Origin: Elainellaceae cyanobacterium
GTDB lineage: Bacteria; Cyanobacteriota; Cyanobacteriia; CAKZMO01
Length of the DNA stretch: 64,000 nt
Reading direction: 5' to 3'
NCBI GenBank assembly: GCA_049647405.1
Contig: JBARXP010000334.1
Location: 30,412 to 94,411, forward strand
The notes below the pieces were generated by a model, which searched no databases, was not told the origin of the DNA, and saw nothing but the letters and a program-made list of their open reading frames with translations. A program made the translations under genes and the position numbers. Of the stretch, positions 19,616 to 29,978 are shown in pieces (the stretch's first letter is position 1; each line of letters opens with the position of its first letter).

Positions 19616-19792
19616 ATAGCAAGATTTTATGTGTCAGCAGAGTAATAAGGATGTGCGTGAAATAGTGCGCGTGAGGATCGAAAGGGATGAGACTGGGATA
19701 AAGAAAAGAGCCGAACTTATGCAGTCCCAGACATTGATTCAGGCATGGATTCAGAGATTAACTCTGCCTTCGTCACTCTTTTCGTTCTCAGC

Positions 19793-20848
19793 CTAGTCAG
19801 AGGGCATCAGATGGTGCAGATGCTCTAAAGATGCTGAATCAACACCCATCTCTTGACCGTAGGGTTCGAGAAATTCTGGAACCGAAAGATTGGCTGTGTT
19901 GGTGGCGATCGCCCTAGACAAAGACGACTCTCCATCTTCAGGACTCACCTGAGCCACCCGGTTGTCTCCCAGCCACTGCTCAAACTCCTCTTCAGAGTGA
20001 ACAATGACTTCGGCTCGCATGCCGCCGTGGTAACTGCCGCACAGCTCCGCACAAACGATGGGATACGTGCCTGGGCGACTCGCTACAAATCTCAGCTCAG
20101 TCTGTTCACCCGGAATCGCATCCTGCTTCAGGCGAAACTGCGGCACCCAAAAGGAATGAATCACATCGCGAGCGGTGATGTTGAGCTGCACATCACGATC
20201 GACAGGAATATGGAGTTCTCCGGTCAAGATGCCGCTGTCGGGGTAGTTAAACAGCCAAGCATATTGCATGCCCGACACATCGACGACGAGGTCAGCCGTG
20301 CGATCGCCCGCTTCTGGCGAAGCCCCAAACCCATAGACCTGAGGAGTTCTTTGGGGAGATTCCATGGCTTCCATGTCGCCTGCGGCTAACAGCGGCATCA
20401 CATCACCCGCAATCTCCCGATTTGAAGGAGCTTGAGCAATCAGCGTCGCTTCATGCGCCGCAATCGGAGGCCCCTGTTGGCCACCGGGCGAAAATCCGCC
20501 CATATCTTGAAACACCTCAACACTGTAAAGGCCCAACCCAATCACAATGATGGCCGGAATCGCAGTCCAGAAGGCTTCAAGGGGAAGATTTCCCTCAAGA
20601 GGAATGCCGTCTTCGTCGTCACCCGCCCGCCGACGGAAACGAATCACAAAATAGAGGATGGCTCCTTCAACCACGATAAAGAGAGCCGTGCCGATGGTCA
20701 CCATGACATCAAATAACTCATCGACGAGGGGAGCCTGAACCGATGCCTGCTCGGGCATCAGCCCATGGTTCTGTCCTACCCAAAGGCTGATCAGCGTGAT
20801 GACGATACCCGCCGTCAGCGTCAGTAGGGGAGCCGGAATTTGTTTCAT
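19793..20848 (-). CDS. ctaC: Cytochrome c oxidase subunit II (CuA centre)
   Basis: CuA ligands HSFWVPQF...CAELCGSYHGGM and two N-terminal TM helices. The probable start is MKQIPAPLL (ATG 20848); the track ORF extends to 20935. Confidence 0.85.
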   Translation of the reverse strand: MKQIPAPLLTLTAGIVITLISLWVGQNHGLMPEQASVQAPLVDELFDVMVTIGTALFIVVEGAILYFVIRFRRRAGDDEDGIPLEGNLPLEAFWTAIPAIIVIGLGLYSVEVFQDMGGFSPGGQQGPPIAAHEATLIAQAPSNREIAGDVMPLLAAGDMEAMESPQRTPQVYGFGASPEAGDRTADLVVDVSGMQYAWLFNYPDSGILTGELHIPVDRDVQLNITARDVIHSFWVPQFRLKQDAIPGEQTELRFVASRPGTYPIVCAELCGSYHGGMRAEVIVHSEEEFEQWLGDNRVAQVSPEDGESSLSRAIATNTANLSVPEFLEPYGQEMGVDSASLEHLHHLMPSD

Positions 20849-22019
20849 TACAACGTCCTGAACTTCAGTTAAAGCAATGCAGCAAGAGCCTTCAAGAAAT
20901 GAGTTGTCGAGCGCCTTAACAAGACGCTTTTCCAAGAGAAACGCCTAAAACGAAGCGTTGAGACTATGGAAGTGGAGACCATTGAGGAGGCGTTGGCAGC
21001 TTTGATAAGAATTGACCTTGCAAGTATCTACCATAGAAATATTCACCATAGACATTGATCACGTTCGACTAGACCCGGCACAATTACATGTCAGCCTGCC
21101 TGAGTGAATCTCTGCAAAAGTGCTCAACGTTGCAGCCACAATATAGATTCATGTGAGCATCAACACCGAACTGCGTTAGTTTCTGGTTTGCGTTGTCTAT
21201 CTCTGTCTCAGAGTCAATATACAACTCAGACATCTAAAGCCAAGATAAGAACAGTGCTTTCTAAATGGCTCTGAGCTAAATGGCTTTGAGATAGACGAAT
21301 TCTACAAACAAGAGTATTCCTCACTATTGAGATTTTAGAAGGCAGATCTAGAAGCTAGGGCAAATCTTTCCTTTTGCTTCATATCTAATAGAAACATGCC
21401 TCCGAGAGTTCGGCTTCTAAACGAGCAGCGGATCACCCAGAACCTATATCAGATAAGGCTTCTGCAAGTACTAAGAAATTTGTCAGTGGCGATCGCCACT
21501 TCGCAGTCACTTTTTGGTCAAAGCAAAATAACGGCGACCCCATCGCGAGCAACCTGCCAAAGTCAAATCCTTGCTTTCTAAAATAAAAGATTGTTTTAAG
21601 ATTTTGTTTTAGAAAGCAGAATGATTCGAGGTTGAAAATGTGGTGGACAAACAGACTTCTTTCAAATGTTTCAAGATATACAAAATCACATGGGTTTAAC
21701 CTCTATTCGAACTTCGGGAGCATCCCGAAGTTCCCCTACTTCAAAAATCGTATCTAAACGTCATCTCAAGACTCAATATTGCAAAACTCAATATAGATTA
21801 AATGATCTCGCTCATAGCGCTTAAAGAGAAAGTGCCGACTGAGCAGAATGAAAGTCTCGATGACTAGATGATTGATGATGACAAATGGAAACCTCTAGCT
21901 CATCACCACTTTAGATCAGATCGCCAGAATTAGAGAGCCAAAAGCCTCGCCCTATCGACCTCGATAGAGTTGTATATCAGGATAATGGGCAAGGCTAATC
22001 TGCTTGCAAATTTTACTTC

Positions 22020-22310
22020 ATGCAACGTAACCCTATAGAGAAGATGCAACCGATGCTCCAAGCGATGAATGGATACGAAATAAGTGAAATGCTCAGTAAC
22101 CCAGATCACCCTAATATTGTGCTTTCGTTTGACTACGGTTCGTTCACTCTGGAGTTAGATGAAAGTCAACACAATGGGCAAAAGGTCTACGCTGTGTGGG
22201 CAAATTATGCCACTGGGTCTGCGATGGCTGTCCCTTTCGCAAGATCTCGCGCTGAGGCAGTCAGAAAGGCAAAACACTGGGTCGAACACCGAATCTATTC
22301 AAAACCATGA
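22020..22310 (+). CDS. Small hypothetical protein (about 88-96 aa) in a low-GC region
   Basis: Only an ORF longer than 80 codons in an otherwise gene-poor AT-rich stretch; no recognisable motif. Confidence 0.3.
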   Translation: MQRNPIEKMQPMLQAMNGYEISEMLSNPDHPNIVLSFDYGSFTLELDESQHNGQKVYAVWANYATGSAMAVPFARSRAEAVRKAKHWVEHRIYSKP

Positions 22311-23220
22311 AGAAGATAGCGCATTACAAATACTGGTTGAGAAATACTGTCCAGATTTTATAAAATTTGTACTTATATTTTCAGTCGTTTTCGATCTCGA
22401 ACATCGAAATAAGCCCAATGAATTGCGTGTAGAGTTCGATCAGACCTTTAAATTTTTGTGTATTGATATGGCAGCTTTTAAAATATATTTACGCATTTCA
22501 ATGGATCGCAAAATCATGGGGGATCTTACCCATTGTTAAAACATTCTGGGTCTGGCATTCTTAAAGTTATAGTGAAGACAATAAGAAAAAATTGTTCCAT
22601 CTGTTTTTTGTGTTCCTCAATCAATGCTTTGTGTAGGAAAAACTCTATAGTTCGCAGCGGTCTATTCAGTTAGATGGAACCCGGTTAGGTGAAACGGTCA
22701 AGGTAAAGTCGGTAAGAAAATTTTCGAGGGCTTTACCAAAAAAGATGTCTTACAAGCCTTTGCAACATTGCTCTTTCAAATTGCAGTCCCTTTACTTTTT
22801 GAAAAGAGACTCTCATTTTTCGTGATTTAACTTCAAATACAATTTTCCCTGTTTCGGTTCTTTAAAGTCGAGCGATCCCGAGAAGTCTCTAAGTTTTCCC
22901 TCAGAAAATGAGTCTGATCTGGGTATGGGTTATGCAGGCGAGAACGTTAAAACCGTCAATTTCAACACGGTATAAGATACGAAACGGTTAGAGAATAGGG
23001 CATTATCTGCTGAGACTTTATTTAGTCGAAGGCAGGCATCCCTCTCTAGAAAGCTACTCCATCAATCCATATTTAATGGCTGGTCTGAGATTCTGCTAGG
23101 GCTCAACGAGATAGATTTTCTCTTTGAACTGTTCTTTTTGAACTTACAGTCCAACAGACTCTAAGTTTGCACCCGGTGTCTAGTCACAACTTTAAAAATT
23201 AACTCAATAGGCTGAGACTC

Positions 23221-23460
23221 ATGGTTTTCAAAACTGTTTTGAATAACAACATAAATAACGCAATGAATACTTGCCCGTGCTGCTCCCAACGAATGCTGCG
23301 CCATGCGCGCCACGGACAAATTTACTGGTTTTGTGCGCACTGCCATCAAGAAATGCCTAATCTCAGCTCTGCATTGCTGAGTTCGACCACAGACCACCAT
23401 AGGCGATCGCCCCTGCGGCATCTTGGCGCTATGCAAGAAACCTTGGAAACCGCCCATTAG
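23221..23460 (+). CDS. Small zinc-ribbon protein candidate (CPCC-x16-CAHC)
   Basis: Two CxxC-type pairs spaced as in a Zn ribbon, and a HIP1 site inside the ORF; no clear RBS. Confidence 0.3.
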   Translation: MVFKTVLNNNINNAMNTCPCCSQRMLRHARHGQIYWFCAHCHQEMPNLSSALLSSTTDHHRRSPLRHLGAMQETLETAH

Positions 23461-23581
23461 CGTGAGCCTTAGGCGTTCATTTTTCTCAATCAATTGCGAT
23501 GAAAAACGCACCCTTTTAGGAGTGTGAGTCTAGTGATGGGAGGTAGCTCACAGAGACATCTACCGACCTCTACCCCTTGAC

Positions 23582-24676
23582 CTAGAGCAGATGGCGAACG
23601 TCGCTTCCTGGCTGGCCGGGTGCAAGTCGATTTTCAAACCGATCAAGGCGCGGCTGATCTTCAAGGAAAGAGCCTGATAACGCTAATAACGTCGTATCGT
23701 CTAATTCTCCCGTGGCTTTGAGGTTAAAGTCTTGCTGGAATTGGGCGATCGCCTGCTTTAATGCAACAGAATTGCCGCCTGACACGTTGTAGCCTAACTG
23801 ACTCAAGTAAGATGGTGCGTTTGTCCGCCCATCGAGCAACTCCTCCGGTTTAAAGACCGGAACATACTGCCCCCGCCAGATCGTGTCAAAGGTGACTCGG
23901 TCGATATCATACATCTGCCCAGACGACGGATCGGCAATAACGGCTTTAGCCGGATTAAGCCCCAATAGAGCAACCGCATGGGGCAGTTTTTGGGTAGGGG
24001 TGATGAGCCAGACCGACAGCACCCCAGGCCGATTAATTTGCAGCATCAAATTCCAGTCAGGCCGAAGCTCACGGCCATCAAAATCGAGAGCTTTCGTGGC
24101 GACAACCAGTTGTGGCATCGATGTGCCCATGCGGCTAGTCTCCGCTAGCCGAGCTGCTTCTGACTCAGTCACTGGAAGATTCCACTGGTGCATGACCGTT
24201 GCTAGAGCGGCGGGCGCACAGCTGCTGTTGGAGGTTTGTCGAAACACTCCATTGGGTAAAAGATTGTCGTGAAGAGACCCATAGATGGGGTCAAGCAGAT
24301 ATTGTTCAGCGCTCCCTAGCGCTCCTAGGCCAAACAATCCAACGAGGGCGATCGCCACAACTTGTGATCGAGCGGTGTGCCAAGTCACCGTAAACGCAAC
24401 GCCACAAATACCGACTAGCAGAACCCGCATCAGTCCCCAGGTAATCCGCATTCCATGAAAACGCCACTCTAGGGGCAAAAATTCCATTTGTGGAACGTTC
24501 AAAATCACTACCATGAAGGCAATGTAAAGCCCTAGAAATGCCAAGGACATGGGATTTTGGTTTTTAAAAAAGTCGCGGGCTGTTGCGCCTCGTCTCAAGA
24601 GAACATGCCCGAGACGCATGCCCCACAAAAAAAATAAGATACTGGCAACGACAGTGATGGCTAAAAGGATAGACAC
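23582..24676 (-). CDS. Membrane protein with C39-like cysteine peptidase domain and C-terminal peptidoglycan-binding domain
   Basis: Four N-terminal TM helices, then C39 signatures (SSCAPAALATVM; HAVALLG...ADPSSG...FDTIWRG), then a PG_binding_1-like motif (LSQLGYNVSG...LKQAIAQFQQDFNLKATGELDDTTLLAL). Confidence 0.7.
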   Translation of the reverse strand: MSILLAITVVASILFFLWGMRLGHVLLRRGATARDFFKNQNPMSLAFLGLYIAFMVVILNVPQMEFLPLEWRFHGMRITWGLMRVLLVGICGVAFTVTWHTARSQVVAIALVGLFGLGALGSAEQYLLDPIYGSLHDNLLPNGVFRQTSNSSCAPAALATVMHQWNLPVTESEAARLAETSRMGTSMPQLVVATKALDFDGRELRPDWNLMLQINRPGVLSVWLITPTQKLPHAVALLGLNPAKAVIADPSSGQMYDIDRVTFDTIWRGQYVPVFKPEELLDGRTNAPSYLSQLGYNVSGGNSVALKQAIAQFQQDFNLKATGELDDTTLLALSGSFLEDQPRLDRFENRLAPGQPGSDVRHLL

Positions 24677-24873
24677 AATCAGGGAGCCGACCTTAAGTCG
24701 GAATGATGCAACGATGAATAAGCCTGTTGAGCAACCGTCTCAAGCGTTGCTGTCGAAGAGATACAGGCTGTTGTCTGGGCCTCATTTGGCCATAGCACCA
24801 TGACTGCTCCATCATATCGTGACTGCCATAGGAATCAGGATTGTGCGGCGCTTTTGGTGAGTCAAGTCGATGC

Positions 24874-27800
24874 CTAGCGATCGCCCGTCAATAAATCCCA
24901 ACTGGGCGCGGGTCTTTTTTCATGGGTGTGTCGCTGGCAGCGTCGCAGATAGAGGTTCGCGGCTGAATCATCAGGATTGAGTTTTACCAGGGTCTCAAAA
25001 ATCGCCAGCGCTTCGGCCTGCTCGCCGTTGTGGTAAAAATCGACGCCCTGTTCAAATTGCTGTCTCGTATTGTGTTTGCTCTCCGCTAAATCAGGCGCAT
25101 CTCCGTCATAAATTTCCCAAACTTCGACCATTTCAGACTTGCCCCGAGGCTGGACTCGATCGAGAAAACGGCTGCGAAACGGCAATGGGTGAGGCATCTG
25201 AGATAACGTTTCGGTGCTAACCACGATGCCTGCGCCATAAAGCTTAGTGATTTTTTCGAGCCGCGCCGCCAAATTTACCGCATCTGAAATGACCGTGCTT
25301 TCCATCCGCTGTTCTTCGCCAATGGTGCCCAAAATTAAGCTGCCAGTATGAATGCCAATGCCAATGGCAATGGGAGGCAAATGCTGGGTCTGACGTTTGG
25401 CATTGTAGAGCGACACCTGCTTTTGCATGGCGATCGCCGCCCGCACGGCCCTTGCTGGTGTTTGAGGAAAGAGCGCCATAACGGCATCGCCAATATATTT
25501 ATCGATGAAGCCATTGTGCTCACGAATGATGGGGCACACTTCATACAAATAAGAATTGAGAAAATCGAAGTTTTCGCGTGGGGTCATGCCTTCAGACATG
25601 GCCGTAAAGGAGCGAATATCGGCAAACATCACCGTCATATTCGACTGGATCTGGTCGCCTAAGCGCACATCCATAATGCGTTCGCGACCCAGAAGCTTGA
25701 GAAACTCGTAGGGCACAAAGCGAGCATAGGCCAAACTAGCCTTAGACAGTTCGAGATGAACTTTGATGCGGGCCAGCAGCTCACTCTTAGAAACGGGTTT
25801 ATTGAGATAGTCGTTTGCGCCAGAATTTAACCCCTCCACCAGATCAGCCACCTGATTTTTAGCCGTCAGCATCAGAATCGGCAGCTCCGTTGCGGGATAG
25901 CGCGATCGCAACTCGCGGCACACTTCGTAGCCCGTCATCTTGGGCATCATCACATCCAGCAAGATGAGATCGGGGTTTAAGCCATCTGCCATCTGCTGAA
26001 GCACCTCGGCTCCGCTCGATGCTTGTTCGACCTGGTAGTGATGCAAGGTGAGATGGTTGACCAGCACTTGCAAATTCACCGGGTCATCATCAACGGCCAA
26101 AATTTTGAACTGAAAATCACCGCGCTGGTTGCGATCGCCCAAGACTAAAGCGTCTGGAATATCGGGAATAAAATCGGTGGGGGAGATCGATGGGGCTTGA
26201 TCTGTATGGGCTTGGCGATCGCCCCTCGGCGCAGAAACATCAATCGCCAGCGTGTCAGTCACTAGCTCCCGCAGCACCGCATCCGGACGAATCGACTGAG
26301 ACGATGCCATTAATTCTGTGACGGCCAAGGCTATAGGGGCAACAGCTTCTGGCACGTACTTCGTTGTGGCGATCGGTAGGGTGAACTTGAACTTAGAGCC
26401 TTTTCCTACCTCCGACTCGACCCAGATCTTGCCATTGTGAAACTCGACCAGTCGGCGCGCGATCGCCAGCCCCAGCCCTGTGCCGCCATAGAGGCGATCG
26501 CCACCGCTGCTGCCCTGCTCAAACGATTGGAAAATGCGCTCCTGCTGCTCAACCGGAATGCCGATGCCCGTATCAGCTACGGTGATCAGCAAGCAGCTTT
26601 CAGTCAACCCAGAGGCATCGGCCTGATCGTTTGCTTGGGCTAAATCTAGATGATGCGTCAAGGACGAAAGAGAAGCATTTTGGCGATCGGCTACGGTATT
26701 TTGGCCTTGCTGCTGAATGGGCTTTAGCTGAATCTTAGGATTCGAAGGCTGAGGATTCGAAGGCTGAGGATTCGAGGGCTGAGGATTCGAGGGCTGAGTC
26801 AAAAGGGTCTGCCCACACATCACCGCTTTTGCAGAAATGGTGACTGAGCCTTCTTCCGTAAACTTGATGGCATTGCCCACGAGATTATACAAAATCTGCT
26901 GGAGTCGATTTTCATCTACCAATGCTTGGGGCAAGTCATCATCAATGCCGTTAATCAACACTAGATTTTTCGGCCCCACAAGAGGACGGCTCAGCGACAG
27001 CACCACTTCCGCCACCACTCGAATGCCCACGGGCTTGAGCTGAAGCGCCAGATCTCGATGCCTCAGTTTGGAAAAATCTAAGATATCTCGCACGAGCTGA
27101 GCCAGTCGCTGGCCACTAGAGACAATCATGCTCAAGTTATGCTTCGTTGCTGGTGCAAGATTTCCCGTTGCCCCATCTTGCAATGATTCAGCCAGACCAA
27201 TGATGCCGTTGAGCGGGGTCAGCAGCTCGTGAGACGTATTGGCCAAAAACTCATCTTTTAGCTCATCGAGCTGCTTTAGCTCCTGATTTTTAGCTTCTAA
27301 CGCGTCAAATGAGTCTTTTAATTGCTGGCGCATTCGGTCAAAGGCGGTCGCTAGTTCACCAATTTCGTCGGGGCGATCGGCAAACATCGGTCGATCCCAA
27401 TCTTCAACCGCCAACCGCTTGGTCGCCGCATTGAGCTGGAGGAGAGGGCGCGCAATCCAGCGAGAGGTTAACACCGCGACGATGACAGCGACCGTCAGCG
27501 ACAAGAAACACAGTCCAATCGTGAGGCGAGTATTGCGATTAATTTGCCCCATAAAATCTTGTTCAGGGATGACCACCACCACCACCCAATCGAGGCCTTT
27601 CGGATCTTGCAAAGGCGTGACCTGAACCAGCTCACGCTGACCCTTGAGATTAAGCGTGAGCTGAGTGGGTTCTTGAATATCTTTGAAAGAACCGAATTCT
27701 TCGATCAGGCCCGTCGCCGCCATTTGAATTCTAGAATCGCTGCTATTTATTGCTTTGAGGCGCTCTTGCTCGTCTCCACCATCGACAAACGGTGGCTCAT

Positions 27801-28602
27801 GGGATGACGTTGCCACCATGTCTCCCGATCGCTCGACAATAAACGCCCTACCCGATGTGCCAATGTTTAGCTCTTGGAGAAAGGTGCTGATCTGAGTCAG
27901 GCTCAAATCAATGGCAAGCACTCCTTCCAGTCGCCCTGCCTCATCGTAAAGCGGTTGAGTCGCGGTGATGCCCAATAGGGGATAGTCTTGAGACGCAAAA
28001 GGGTAGATATCACTCCAAGTTGAGTCGCTGGAGGCGATCGCCGCCTTAAACCAAGGGCGCTGACGCGGATCGTATTCTTGGGTTGTGACGGCATCTGTCA
28101 CATTACCCCGAGCATCTAGCTCATAGGTATAGCGCAGCAATTCTTCAGGAACATTTTTTTCCCAACGCACAAACTTGCCATCGTCTCGACGCTGAACCCC
28201 AATAAAATCACCCTCTGCGCTGCCATAATAAAGGCTGCTGTAGAGTTTAACCTGCTGGAGCTGAGCCAAAAAATATTGCCCCGTCGAGTCAAAATTGCTG
28301 AGGTTTAGTTTTTGTTGATCAACGACAATTTCATTCAGATCCAGCAAATCATAAGGACGATCAATAAACGTCTGCACATGCTGCTCAATGTGAGACGTGG
28401 TTTCATCGCTGACCTCCAAAACCAGCTGATTCACCGCTTTTTGCCCGTTGAGAAATGATAACCAACCAATCAATCCTGTGGCGACTGCAAGTTGCGTCAC
28501 CACGGAAACAATCAGCACCGTTTGCAGGGACATAAACCCCGGACGGTTTTTTATGGCAGCGGATGCATGGGCTTCGGAGGCTGGGATTTGCATTGGGGGC
28601 AC
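24874..28602 (-). CDS. Multidomain sensor: periplasmic Cache-like sensor, HAMP, HisKA/HATPase kinase, REC and class III adenylate/guanylate cyclase (CyaC-like), with a TPR-like tail
   Basis: 1242 aa: two TM helices flanking a roughly 300-aa sensor domain, H-box [14 protein letters not shown] boxes, a REC domain ([17 protein letters not shown]), a cyclase core (MFADIRSFT...[11 protein letters not shown]) and a (PSNPQ)4 low-complexity linker. Confidence 0.85.
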   Translation of the reverse strand: MPPMQIPASEAHASAAIKNRPGFMSLQTVLIVSVVTQLAVATGLIGWLSFLNGQKAVNQLVLEVSDETTSHIEQHVQTFIDRPYDLLDLNEIVVDQQKLNLSNFDSTGQYFLAQLQQVKLYSSLYYGSAEGDFIGVQRRDDGKFVRWEKNVPEELLRYTYELDARGNVTDAVTTQEYDPRQRPWFKAAIASSDSTWSDIYPFASQDYPLLGITATQPLYDEAGRLEGVLAIDLSLTQISTFLQELNIGTSGRAFIVERSGDMVATSSHEPPFVDGGDEQERLKAINSSDSRIQMAATGLIEEFGSFKDIQEPTQLTLNLKGQRELVQVTPLQDPKGLDWVVVVVIPEQDFMGQINRNTRLTIGLCFLSLTVAVIVAVLTSRWIARPLLQLNAATKRLAVEDWDRPMFADRPDEIGELATAFDRMRQQLKDSFDALEAKNQELKQLDELKDEFLANTSHELLTPLNGIIGLAESLQDGATGNLAPATKHNLSMIVSSGQRLAQLVRDILDFSKLRHRDLALQLKPVGIRVVAEVVLSLSRPLVGPKNLVLINGIDDDLPQALVDENRLQQILYNLVGNAIKFTEEGSVTISAKAVMCGQTLLTQPSNPQPSNPQPSNPQPSNPKIQLKPIQQQGQNTVADRQNASLSSLTHHLDLAQANDQADASGLTESCLLITVADTGIGIPVEQQERIFQSFEQGSSGGDRLYGGTGLGLAIARRLVEFHNGKIWVESEVGKGSKFKFTLPIATTKYVPEAVAPIALAVTELMASSQSIRPDAVLRELVTDTLAIDVSAPRGDRQAHTDQAPSISPTDFIPDIPDALVLGDRNQRGDFQFKILAVDDDPVNLQVLVNHLTLHHYQVEQASSGAEVLQQMADGLNPDLILLDVMMPKMTGYEVCRELRSRYPATELPILMLTAKNQVADLVEGLNSGANDYLNKPVSKSELLARIKVHLELSKASLAYARFVPYEFLKLLGRERIMDVRLGDQIQSNMTVMFADIRSFTAMSEGMTPRENFDFLNSYLYEVCPIIREHNGFIDKYIGDAVMALFPQTPARAVRAAIAMQKQVSLYNAKRQTQHLPPIAIGIGIHTGSLILGTIGEEQRMESTVISDAVNLAARLEKITKLYGAGIVVSTETLSQMPHPLPFRSRFLDRVQPRGKSEMVEVWEIYDGDAPDLAESKHNTRQQFEQGVDFYHNGEQAEALAIFETLVKLNPDDSAANLYLRRCQRHTHEKRPAPSWDLLTGDR

Positions 28603-28988
28603 AATAGAAGAAGCGCTGTGGGTGCGCTAAACCAACGCTCAAGGAGATTTTTCAAGAATAGGCTAACTCACCCGGACGGTTGCCAAATTGTGACTCAATA
28701 TTAATGATGAGACTCAACACAAACGGCTCACCTAAAAGCATATTTGAATAGATAGACGAACCTCCTTTAATACCAAGCTCCAAAACCTGAGTGGGCGGTG
28801 CAGGGCTTGGGATCTGTAACGGTGTCGAGATACTAATCTGCTTTTTCGCAACGATGTTAGCCTAATCTTAACCAGCCTGATTGAAGAGGAACACACGGGC
28901 GGCTGGCTCATTTCTCTTTACTGAATGAAAAGCAACGAAATGACCTGTTTTAATCCTAAAAACTCATCCATAGCGATCCTAAATGATT

Positions 28989-29029
28989 TGTGAGAGGTGG
29001 GGCGAGCACTGCCCGCCCCACCTCTCACA
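28989..29029. promoter_or_regulatory. 16-bp perfect-stem hairpin/palindrome in a divergent promoter region
   Basis: tgtgagaggtggggcg-N9-cgccccacctctcaca, read directly from the sequence. Confidence 0.5.
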
Positions 29030-29088
29030 ATCTATTTCACAATTCATGTGAGACTGCTAAGTATGTGGTCAAAACTAAAGCGAACGAT

Positions 29089-29113
29089 GTGTGCCCCCCG
29101 CCGGGGGGCACAC
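29089..29113. promoter_or_regulatory. GC-rich 11-bp-stem, 3-nt-loop hairpin/palindrome in a divergent promoter region
   Basis: gtgtgcccccc-gcc-ggggggcacac, read directly from the sequence. Confidence 0.5.
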
Positions 29114-29237
29114 ACCCAGCTAGCATCGTTTAATTATGGCTACCTACTCATAACCTAAACTTCAAATCGATTGAACATATTTCTAGACTGGCTCTAGGCG
29201 ACAGGCTCCGCCATGAATATTTTGCTATGAATCTGCC

Positions 29238-29978
29238 ATGAATATTTTGATTGTTGAAGATGAGGCCGAAATTGCCCAACTCATTCGCCTCTACCTTGAA
29301 AAAGATGGGTTTACTTGTACAAGCTGCCGCGATGGGGAAGCGGCGTTGCAGCACTTTCAATCGGTTCAGCCCGATTTAATCATTCTGGATTTGATGATTC
29401 CGAAACTTGATGGGCTAGAAGTTTGCGCCCGCATTCGTCAGCAGCCCGGATCGAAAGATCCGTACATTTTGATGTTGACGGCCAAGGGAGAAGAACTCGA
29501 TCGCATCATCGGTCTTTCGACGGGAGCCGATGACTATATGGTGAAGCCCTTTAGCCCTAGGGAATTGGTGGCACGGGTGCGGGCACTGCTGAGGCGATCG
29601 CTCCGCCATGACATTGCTCCGTCCCAAACCTATAGCACTTCCCACTTCACGGTCAATCTAGACCAGCGAGTCGCTCATCGTCACGCTTCTGCCAGCAACG
29701 CGCCGACTCGTCAAAGCGCAAATCAACCAGATTCCGAAGAACTCGACCTGACGACCCTAGAATTTGACATGCTGGCCACATTTATGAGTTATCCGGGTCG
29801 GGTCTGGAGCCGCGCCCAGCTGATCGAAAAGCTGTGGGGGGCTGACTTTTTTGGCGATGAGCGGGTGGTCGATACCCATGTGGCTCGTCTCCGCAAGAAA
29901 GTGGAGCCTGACCCGAGCAATCCTCAATTTGTGAAGACGGTCATTGGGGTTGGCTACAAGTTTGAAGACGGAGCGTGA
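29238..29978 (+). CDS. OmpR-family response regulator (REC plus winged-helix DNA-binding domain)
   Basis: 246 aa with a REC domain containing D54-equivalent LDLMIPKLDG and C-terminal trans_reg_C motifs (VDTHVARLRKK). Confidence 0.85.
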   Translation: MNILIVEDEAEIAQLIRLYLEKDGFTCTSCRDGEAALQHFQSVQPDLIILDLMIPKLDGLEVCARIRQQPGSKDPYILMLTAKGEELDRIIGLSTGADDYMVKPFSPRELVARVRALLRRSLRHDIAPSQTYSTSHFTVNLDQRVAHRHASASNAPTRQSANQPDSEELDLTTLEFDMLATFMSYPGRVWSRAQLIEKLWGADFFGDERVVDTHVARLRKKVEPDPSNPQFVKTVIGVGYKFEDGA

